Shown here: positions 24,874 to 31,933 of the stretch, piece by piece
How the letters are laid out: every line of letters starts with the position of its first letter
Numbering within the stretch: the stretch's first letter is position 1
From: Nitrospinales bacterium
Lineage (GTDB): Bacteria; Nitrospinota; Nitrospinia; Nitrospinales; JAJDAT01
Assembly: GCA_046757665.1 (NCBI GenBank)
Contig: JBHHYO010000026.1
Coordinates: forward strand, 1-31,933
Reading direction: 5' to 3'
DNA length: 31,933 nucleotides
The notes under the pieces: model-generated
What the model was told of the DNA's origin: nothing
The model's database searches: none
Seen by the model: the letters and a program-made list of their open reading frames with translations, nothing else
Made by a program: the position numbers and the translations under genes

Positions 24874-26239
24874 CCTCGCCAAGCGTTTTGACGGACTTTT
24901 CCTCCGGCTTGACGTACTCGAACTCGCAATGGGAATAGACAAAGCTCAGGGCTTTTTGGCCCCGCAGTTTTGACCGGGTCTGGTTGAGGGAGTCGGGATT
25001 CGCCAGCAGACGCTTTTTGATCTCTTCCGGTTTTTGCCGGGTTTGCCGGGCCAGCAGAGCGTATTCCTGTTCCATGTCCGACTCGGAAACATGAATGTTT
25101 TCCTGGTCTGCTATGGCATCGAGGATCAGGTATCCCTTGACGTTTTTCTCCGCCCGGGCACGCAGTTCTTTTTTCGCGCGTTCCTCGTCAAACCCGGAAT
25201 CTTCCAGCTTCATACCGGACTGCTCGATTTGAAATTTCATGCCGTCGATCAAAAAATTGATCTCCCGCGTAACCAGGGATTCGGGTGGAGCGCCGCCGCC
25301 GGTCTCGACCAACTGGTTGAAGAGTTCCTCTTTCAGAGCCATCTCGTGTTGTTGTTCCTTGTAAGCCTGCAAATCGGTTTTGATCTTTCGGCGCAAGTCC
25401 TCGACGGAATCCGCCCCGGCGCTTTCGGCGAACTCATCGGTCAACTCGGCGGGCACCGGTTTTTTAATTTCATGGATTTTCACCTTGAAAGAGGCGATGT
25501 CTTGCTCGTCATCGGATTTCGCGCCCGGAATGGGCAAGCTGACGCGCCGCAGTTTTTTGTTCCAGTCCGCGGGCAAGGCCACCTGAATCTCAAATTCCTC
25601 CCCCGCTTTGTGCTGGACCAATTGATCCTCAAACCCGGGGATCATTTTTTTGTCGCCGATGCGGACGGGAAAATTTTTTGCGCTTCCATTTTCCAGGGGC
25701 TGGCCGTGCAACATGCCCTCAAAATCCATCAGCACGTGATCGCCTTGCCGGGCGGCATGGTCCGCGTCATACGCCTCGAAATGCCCATGTTCCTCCAGCA
25801 TTTTTTTGATTGTTGCGTGTACTTCATCATTGCTGACGGCGGCTTCCTTTTTCTTGAGCTTCAAGCCCTTGTAAACCGGCAGTGTGATGTTGGGCTTGAT
25901 GTCCAGAATAACGGAAAAATCCAGCGGCGCGTCTTTTTTGACATCTTTCAACGCTTCGTGGTCGAGTTCCGGCGCTCCGGCAGGTACGATCCCGGTTTTC
26001 TCCAGGGCCTTTTCATAATAGTCCTGCATGAGGTTTTGAAATACTTCGCCCAGCGATTGAACCGGAACCTGCTTTTCGAGAATCTTCAGAGGGATTTTCC
26101 CCGGGCGGAAGCCGGGCATACGGAGCCGTTGATTCAGTTCCCGGTAGGCGGCATTGATTTTTCTGGACACAACCTCCTTGGGGACGGTGATCTTCAGTTT
26201 CCGTTTCAGCGCGTCCAGCTCTTCCACAACCAGTTGCAT
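24866..26239 (-). CDS. tig: trigger factor
   Basis: PGFRPGKIP ribosome-binding signature, FKBP domain (GDHVLMDFEG, MIPGFEDQL), ELTDEFA, SurA-like C-domain. Confidence 0.92.
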   Translation of the reverse strand: MQLVVEELDALKRKLKITVPKEVVSRKINAAYRELNQRLRMPGFRPGKIPLKILEKQVPVQSLGEVFQNLMQDYYEKALEKTGIVPAGAPELDHEALKDVKKDAPLDFSVILDIKPNITLPVYKGLKLKKKEAAVSNDEVHATIKKMLEEHGHFEAYDADHAARQGDHVLMDFEGMLHGQPLENGSAKNFPVRIGDKKMIPGFEDQLVQHKAGEEFEIQVALPADWNKKLRRVSLPIPGAKSDDEQDIASFKVKIHEIKKPVPAELTDEFAESAGADSVEDLRRKIKTDLQAYKEQQHEMALKEELFNQLVETGGGAPPESLVTREINFLIDGMKFQIEQSGMKLEDSGFDEERAKKELRARAEKNVKGYLILDAIADQENIHVSESDMEQEYALLARQTRQKPEEIKKRLLANPDSLNQTRSKLRGQKALSFVYSHCEFEYVKPEEKSVKTLGEDG

Positions 26240-26262
26240 AAATCCCCTCTCTTGTCGCGCAG

Positions 26263-27411
26263 TTAAGAAGTTTCCGCCGTTTCAAACCGTTCGGCAATGA
26301 TCCGGTCCAACTCTTCCCTCAATTTGCCGATGATTTCATCGTAGGAGAACGCGCCGACGGTTTGCTCTCCTTTTTTGAGGTTGACGTGCAACGGCCCGCA
26401 CCACAGTCCCAAGTCGGCGTCGTCGGTTTCGCCGGGGCCGTTGACCCGGCACCCCATAACGGCGATGGTGAGTTTGTATTTTTCCGCGTACCGGGTCATT
26501 TCCCGGACTTCCTGCGCCAGTTCGACGAAGCGTCCGTTCTCCACCCGTGAGCAACTGGGACAGGCGATGATGTTGATTCCCTCGAGGAAGTTTTTCGGTA
26601 CGGAGCGGAACCGTCCCTGGCGGATATCCTCGAGGATTTCCCGCCCGACGGCGATTTCCTGCCCTTTTTCCTCGTCCGGCAGGGTCAGCGAAACGCGAAT
26701 GGTGTCGCCCGTGCCGACAGCCACCAGTTGCTCGAAGGCGATGCGGGTTTTAATGATGCCCTCCGGCGGCAGGCCCGCCTCGGTTACTCCCAGATGCAGG
26801 GGAACGTCGGGCCGTTCCTCTGCGAACCGGCGGTTGGCGTCGATCACCTTTTGGGCGTCGGAATCTTTCAGCGAAACGCAATAATTCTCGAATTCCATCT
26901 CGTCGATCATGCGGCAATGGTCCACGGCGCATCGCACCATGCCCTCGATTTCGTCGTCCTTGTACCGCTCCTTGTAATCGGGGTCCACGGAGCCGCAGTT
27001 GACGCCGATGCGGATGGCGCAGTGGTTTTGCCGGGCGGCATCGACGATGAACGCGACCTTCTCGCGGATGGTCTTGGACTTTTCCAGGTGAAACAGGTGG
27101 CCGGGGTTGTAGCGGATTTTATCGACCAGTGGCGCCACCAGCGGCGCCAGCTTGTAATTTTCCTGAAGATCGACGGACAGTACCGCCCGGGTTTGCTGGC
27201 GCAATTTTTTGAGCGCCTCGACGTCCGGCTCGCTGTCCACGGCGATGCGGATGACGTCCGCCCCCGCGTTTTCCAGGATGCGGATTTGCTCCGCCGTCGC
27301 TTGCAGGTCGCGGGTGCGGGTCGCCGCCATGCTCTGCACGGCAATGGGCGAGTCGCCGCCGATGGTCAGGCGGCCGATATGAATTTTTCGCGTCTTTCGA
27401 GGTGGTATCAT
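26263..27411 (-). CDS. ispG: (E)-4-hydroxy-3-methylbut-2-enyl-diphosphate synthase IspG (GcpE)
   Basis: [55 protein letters not shown]. Confidence 0.96.
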   Translation of the reverse strand: MIPPRKTRKIHIGRLTIGGDSPIAVQSMAATRTRDLQATAEQIRILENAGADVIRIAVDSEPDVEALKKLRQQTRAVLSVDLQENYKLAPLVAPLVDKIRYNPGHLFHLEKSKTIREKVAFIVDAARQNHCAIRIGVNCGSVDPDYKERYKDDEIEGMVRCAVDHCRMIDEMEFENYCVSLKDSDAQKVIDANRRFAEERPDVPLHLGVTEAGLPPEGIIKTRIAFEQLVAVGTGDTIRVSLTLPDEEKGQEIAVGREILEDIRQGRFRSVPKNFLEGINIIACPSCSRVENGRFVELAQEVREMTRYAEKYKLTIAVMGCRVNGPGETDDADLGLWCGPLHVNLKKGEQTVGAFSYDEIIGKLREELDRIIAERFETAETS

Positions 27412-27494
27412 CTAAAAAAGATTATCAGAAACGCCGCGGGTTAACAAATGAATGTGAAATCGCAATAGAAAACTATTTGCAATTGCACCGTGCC

Positions 27495-28493
27495 TTAAAC
27501 TTTCATGCCTGAAAAATTGTGGGCTTTTCTCATGGGAAACGGGTCGGCGGCGGATCGGAAGTCCGGCAGGTTATGCAAATCGTTCCGCAAATCCTGGATG
27601 AAAATCGTTTCAAACCCCAGGCCTTGCGCCATCTCGACAGCTTCCTCATACTCATGCAAAGTGATGGCGCGGGAGAGCAGGGGATTGACGGACGCTCTAT
27701 GGACGGGTTGGTACTGGCCCATCAAGCTTAATGGGATTTTCGGCGACAGTTCCAGGGCGAGAAAACACAGCGTTTCCCAGGTCCCCGCGAGCTTGTTGGG
27801 AAGCACGAGGTGGCGGACGATAAGGCCGCGGCGCGCCAGCCCGGTTGCGTCGCGGGTGAGCGGCCCCACCTGCCGGAACATTTCCAGCGCCGCCTCGCGG
27901 GATCGCTCTACATAATTTTTGACATGAGAAAACTGCCGTGCGGCGGCATCGTCGGCGTATTTCAAGTCCGGCAGATAAATGTCCACCACGCCCTCCAGAA
28001 GCTTCAGGGAGGACAACGAGTCGAAAGCGCTGGTATTGTAAATGATCGGCAGGCGCAGGCCCTTGCGGCGCGCCCGGGCCAGGCTTTTCAGAAGACCGGG
28101 AACCACGTGGGAAGGGGACACCCAACCGATGAAATGCACACCCAAACCCTGCAAACGCAACATTTCCCCGGCCACCGCCGCGTAGCTTTGTTCCTGGCCC
28201 AGCCGCTCCTGGGAGATCAGATGGTTTTGGCAGTAATCGCACCGCATATTGCAGGAAGCGACAAAAATATTGCCGACGCCGCATGTTCCGGTCAGGGGAA
28301 TTTCCTCGCCGAAATGCTGGACGCAAGAAGAGATGAGTAACCGGTCGCCCTGTCCGCAAAACCCGGTCTCGCCCCGTGTGCGGTCCACGCCGCATGTGTG
28401 CGGGCAAACCCCGCATTCACCGTACATCGCGTAAGCGGCATCCGCTCTGGCATCCAGTTCCCCTGGGCTTAATTGAAGATAACCGGCCGGCAT
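27495..28493 (-). CDS. radical SAM protein, PflX-like (uncharacterised Fe-S protein)
   Basis: N-terminal CGVCPHTCGVDR...GFC, HFGEE, CNMRCDYCQN, DIYLPDLKY, VRHLVLP, MGQYQP. Confidence 0.9.
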   Translation of the reverse strand: MPAGYLQLSPGELDARADAAYAMYGECGVCPHTCGVDRTRGETGFCGQGDRLLISSCVQHFGEEIPLTGTCGVGNIFVASCNMRCDYCQNHLISQERLGQEQSYAAVAGEMLRLQGLGVHFIGWVSPSHVVPGLLKSLARARRKGLRLPIIYNTSAFDSLSSLKLLEGVVDIYLPDLKYADDAAARQFSHVKNYVERSREAALEMFRQVGPLTRDATGLARRGLIVRHLVLPNKLAGTWETLCFLALELSPKIPLSLMGQYQPVHRASVNPLLSRAITLHEYEEAVEMAQGLGFETIFIQDLRNDLHNLPDFRSAADPFPMRKAHNFSGMKV

Positions 28494-28515
28494 GGTTCCT
28501 TTACCTGTTTAAAGT

Positions 28516-29058
28516 TTAATCCACCAGGGCATGTCCGATGAGCAGACCAACGAGCATGATAACGGAAAAGGCATGTTGGGTGTGAATCAACCGGTTGGCC
28601 TTGGCGCCGGGCGCGTCGGCTTTTTGCAATTTCATGATCAAACCGGTCAAGCATAAAACCACCAGGATTCCCCAGCCCGCCCACAAAAGCAGGTTGTTTT
28701 CCTCTGCCCAGATTCCATGCAGAAAAGCGATTGCCACCACGATGGGATTCCCGCGGTAATGATAATTGCGGAATCGGGATTTCCATTTGATGGGCAATTT
28801 GAGATATTGCGGAGCCGAGGTTTTAACCTGCCTGGGTATGCGTTTATAACCCATGCTGTAATAATAAAGGCTGTTTAAAATGATCAACCCCCACAAACTG
28901 ACCACGCCCAAACCGTGGCTGACTTCCTCCTGCAACTTGTTTTCACCGGCGCCGTGGTTGGCGTCGTCACCGTGGGCGATGGCGATGGAGACTGACGCCA
29001 GCAGGTAAAAGACAATAACCAACAACTGAATGCGCGGTTTGAGCGCTTTCGATTTCAT
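28516..29058 (-). CDS. hypothetical membrane protein, His-bearing TM helices (cytochrome b-like)
   Basis: Signal-like N-terminus ending AIA-HGDD, ~4 further TM segments with His at RNYH, AFLH, LIHTQH, IGH; start uncertain (ORF opens 29079). Confidence 0.7.
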   Translation of the reverse strand: MKSKALKPRIQLLVIVFYLLASVSIAIAHGDDANHGAGENKLQEEVSHGLGVVSLWGLIILNSLYYYSMGYKRIPRQVKTSAPQYLKLPIKWKSRFRNYHYRGNPIVVAIAFLHGIWAEENNLLLWAGWGILVVLCLTGLIMKLQKADAPGAKANRLIHTQHAFSVIMLVGLLIGHALVD

Positions 29059-29158
29059 TCGTTCCAATGCGAAATTCAAAAAATAAACAGCGCAATTTTA
29101 AGGCATTTGAGACGGAAATCTGCAAAAATAAAAAACGCAAAACAGGGAGGGGTGCTCC

Positions 29159-30064
29159 ATGTCCGGTTTGGCAAAAAGCATTTTGGATGCAATCGGCGAC
29201 ACGCCATTGTTGCGGCTTGAGGACATTTTCGTCAAGTGCGAATATTTGAATCCATCGGGCTCCATCAAGGCGCGCCTGGCCAAATACGTGGTGGAGCGCG
29301 CCGAGAAAGAAGGCGCGCTGAAAAAGGGCATGACCATCGTCGAGGCTTCCAGCGGCAATACCGGCAACGCGCTTTCCCTGGTGGCGGCGGCAAAGGGTTA
29401 TAACATGCTGGTGGTCATGCCGGAGGGATACACCGACGAACGGGCGGCCATTTCCCGGGCTTTTGGCGCGGAAGTAAAATTGATGGGGCATTTCCAGGTC
29501 GATGAGGCCTTGCAATACGCCAGAGAACTCGGCAGGAAAAAAGAGTTTTGGTGTCCCCGGCAATTTGACAGTGAATGGAACGTCGAGGAAAACGCCAAAT
29601 GGCTTGGGCAAGAGATCATCGGACAGCTTCCGCCGACGGTAACGATTGATGCTATCGTCCAGGGGGTCGGCACCGGCGGCACCCTGATTGGCGTTGGGCG
29701 GGCGTTGCGGAAACATCACAACCCGGATTTAAAAGTCTTCGCCATGGAGCCTTCCGAGTCGGCAATCATCTCATGCCACGAGGTGAGCGAGCATCTCATC
29801 GAGGGAATTTCGGATGGTTTCGTGCCGGAAATTTACAAGCGTCACCAAAACGAGGTGGACGGAGTAATCCAGATTGATGGCGCGGCCGCCGTCGCCGCCA
29901 TGAAACGGCTCGCCAAAACCCACGGTACTTTCGTCGGCCCAAGCTCCGGAGGCAATTTCCTCGCCGCACGGCAACTGCGGAGCCAGGGGATAGCGAATGT
30001 CCTCACCTTTTTCTGCGATGAAGGGGAAAAGTATATCGCCCAGCATTTTGCCGCCGACGGCTGA
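29159..30064 (+). CDS. PLP-dependent cysteine synthase family protein
   Basis: IGDTPL, KCEYLNPSGSIK, EASSGNTG, GVGTGGT, VGPSSG, DEGEKY; GGGAGG RBS. Confidence 0.9.
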   Translation: MSGLAKSILDAIGDTPLLRLEDIFVKCEYLNPSGSIKARLAKYVVERAEKEGALKKGMTIVEASSGNTGNALSLVAAAKGYNMLVVMPEGYTDERAAISRAFGAEVKLMGHFQVDEALQYARELGRKKEFWCPRQFDSEWNVEENAKWLGQEIIGQLPPTVTIDAIVQGVGTGGTLIGVGRALRKHHNPDLKVFAMEPSESAIISCHEVSEHLIEGISDGFVPEIYKRHQNEVDGVIQIDGAAAVAAMKRLAKTHGTFVGPSSGGNFLAARQLRSQGIANVLTFFCDEGEKYIAQHFAADG

Positions 30065-30088
30065 GATGCGGCGCCAGACGGGTCTTCG

Positions 30089-31864
30089 TCAGGACTGCAC
30101 CCGGTTTGCCAGTTCGAGGTTCCGCAAGGCGGGTTTAAATTTCGGATCGATCTCCAGAGCCTTGCGCAAGTGAATGATGGCTTCTTTCTTTTTGCCGAGT
30201 TCCAATAACAACGCGCCGATGTTGGTATGGGTTTCGCGCCGGGTTCGCGGGTTGGCCAACGCTTTATAAAAATGGCCGAGGGCTTCCATCGTCCGCCCCT
30301 GCCGGTCCAGGATCAATCCCAGGTTGTTGTGTGCCTTTGAACTTGCCGGGTTGTATCGCAACGCGGTTTCAAAGTGCCGGGCGGCTTCCTGAGTCCTGCC
30401 TTCTTTTGCCAAAACGGTTCCCAGGTTGTTGTGCGCCTGCCAAAGCTTCGGTTCCAGGCGAATGGCATTTTGAAAATGAACCTTGCTTTCCTCCGGTCGT
30501 CCCTGCTTCAACAGGACCAGCCCGAGATTGTCTTCCGCTTTTGCGTAGTCGGGTTTGATCGCCAGCGTTTGGCGGTAATGTTCCTCTGCCTGTTTGAGGT
30601 TGTTGCGTAGCTCCAGTTCGTTGCCCAGGTTGTTGTGGGCGATCCAGGCGCGCGGATTTTTTTTCAAGGTGTCCTGCCACAGCAGGACGTTGTTTTGATA
30701 AACCGCCTGCCGGTTCCATGTCAGCAGGGCCGCCGAAGCAGTCAGCAAAACCATTGCGGCGCAGACCAGGGGCTTGGCGATTGCCGCCCTCGACGATTTT
30801 TCGCTTCCGGCAAACAGTCCGCCCACGCTCAGGGCGACAATCCCTTGTCCGGCGATATATTGCCAATGATCCGCCACAAAGGAGTAGCGCATGAAGTAAA
30901 TATTGAAAAATCCCATGACCGGGAAGAGGAAGATCACAAAATAACCCAGTCCGAAAATCGCCGAACGGCCCCATGAGCGACGCTTTTTGAACAGCAGGAA
31001 AGCCAGCAGTGCCGCACCGGCATGGGGAAGATACGAAACCCAATCGCCGGCGTCCGGGGACCAGCGGGGATAAACGAATGTCAGGTTGACGGGAAACAAT
31101 AATTTGAAGAGATAGAACCATACGGCATGTCCGGCATTGACGAGCCGCTCGGCAAAGCTCAAGGACCAGTCGGCTCCCCTTGCTCCGGCGCTTTGGTACT
31201 GAAACCAGACCGTCACCGCCGCCAGCGCGGCCGAAAGAAAAAAGAAAGGTATGGTCTGCGGTACAGCGGTTCTTAACGGACGGTCATTCTTCCACCAATG
31301 ATAAAGAAGCAGGACGACGGGAAGCATGACCACGGAGGTTTTGCTCAGCAGGGCCAGGAGAAACAGGAACAGGGAGAGAAAATAATTTACGGGATGCAGT
31401 CGGGAATCCCAGCGCAGGTAAAAGAGAACCGCCAGCAGATAGAAAAAAACGGATTGAACATTTTTGATTTGCGTCACCCACGCCGCCGATTCCACCTGGA
31501 GCGGATGCACGGCAAACAGCAGGGCCGCTGTCCAGGCGCCCGGTACGGCAAGGCGGACGAGCGCCCTCCAGAACAGAACCCCGTTCAGCGCATGAAAACC
31601 GATGTTGACGAGATGGTATCCGAGAGGGTTCAGTCCCCACAATTTTCGCTGTGCCCAAAGCGTTGTTGAAACGAGGGGAAAATAATCCGGCGCGTCGGTG
31701 GACAGCCAAAATTTTTTCAAGGCGTCGGGGCCGGCCATCAGCGGGTTGCGGGTGAAAAAAACGTCGTCGTCCCAGATAAAATCCGCATGGAAGCTGGGGT
31801 AATAGACGCCCACGACAATCACTGCGAGGATGATCGCTTTTACCGCCGCCGAGTTGCGAATCAT
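30089..31864 (-). CDS. TMTC-like membrane glycosyltransferase (GT-C fold) with C-terminal TPR repeats
   Basis: FIWDD, YHLVN, LFAVHPLQVESAAWV, ALLSKT, VADHWQY; TPRs with repeated AHNNLG at 34-aa spacing. Confidence 0.88.
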   Translation of the reverse strand: MIRNSAAVKAIILAVIVVGVYYPSFHADFIWDDDVFFTRNPLMAGPDALKKFWLSTDAPDYFPLVSTTLWAQRKLWGLNPLGYHLVNIGFHALNGVLFWRALVRLAVPGAWTAALLFAVHPLQVESAAWVTQIKNVQSVFFYLLAVLFYLRWDSRLHPVNYFLSLFLFLLALLSKTSVVMLPVVLLLYHWWKNDRPLRTAVPQTIPFFFLSAALAAVTVWFQYQSAGARGADWSLSFAERLVNAGHAVWFYLFKLLFPVNLTFVYPRWSPDAGDWVSYLPHAGAALLAFLLFKKRRSWGRSAIFGLGYFVIFLFPVMGFFNIYFMRYSFVADHWQYIAGQGIVALSVGGLFAGSEKSSRAAIAKPLVCAAMVLLTASAALLTWNRQAVYQNNVLLWQDTLKKNPRAWIAHNNLGNELELRNNLKQAEEHYRQTLAIKPDYAKAEDNLGLVLLKQGRPEESKVHFQNAIRLEPKLWQAHNNLGTVLAKEGRTQEAARHFETALRYNPASSKAHNNLGLILDRQGRTMEALGHFYKALANPRTRRETHTNIGALLLELGKKKEAIIHLRKALEIDPKFKPALRNLELANRVQS

Positions 31865-31933
31865 GAGGTGCCGCTCACCTAGGAATTACCATCGGCCTTT
31901 ATTGAAAGCCGATGAGGGGCCAGTAGACAAATT

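Noticed and set aside
27495-28493. Radical SAM gene as the partner of the AMMECR1 protein
   Set aside because: 7 kb away and of PflX-like type rather than clearly AmrS; no Memo gene in the window
30319-30637. DNA repeats CCAGGTTGTTGTG at multiples of 102 bp
   Set aside because: Explained by 34-aa TPR units (HNNLG)
31890-31914. CATCGGC...GCCGATG hairpin at window end
   Set aside because: No T-tract and context is cut off by the window edge; cannot be assigned

Overview
GC-rich bacterial chromosomal segment, most consistent with a chemolithoautotroph of Nitrospinota (Nitrospina-like) type; this is inferred from the long-form ATP citrate lyase aclBA (reverse TCA cycle) and an EbdC/NxrC-like diheme cytochrome c, not proven. 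It is mostly housekeeping: murJ, mnmA, rsmD, comM, polyprenyl synthase, nfi, tig, ispG, a cysteine-synthase homologue, tRNA-Gln(CTG) and tRNA-Glu(CTC). The most notable items are: (i) a translationally coupled pair directly upstream of aclBA, made of an ATP-grasp ligase fused to a Cys4-bearing FMN alpha-hydroxy-acid oxidase plus an HpcH/CitE-like aldolase; (ii) a three-gene unit of secreted DxDxDG protein, diheme-c/heme-b cytochrome and hyper-acidic NHL propeller; (iii) several small non-autonomous elements in which IS-like terminal inverted repeats enclose REP-like hairpins; (iv) an AT-rich TA islet after tRNA-Glu whose RelE toxin appears to carry an in-frame deletion; (v) an atypical trigger factor not linked to clpPX. 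No CRISPR array, rRNA, integrase or transposase was seen.
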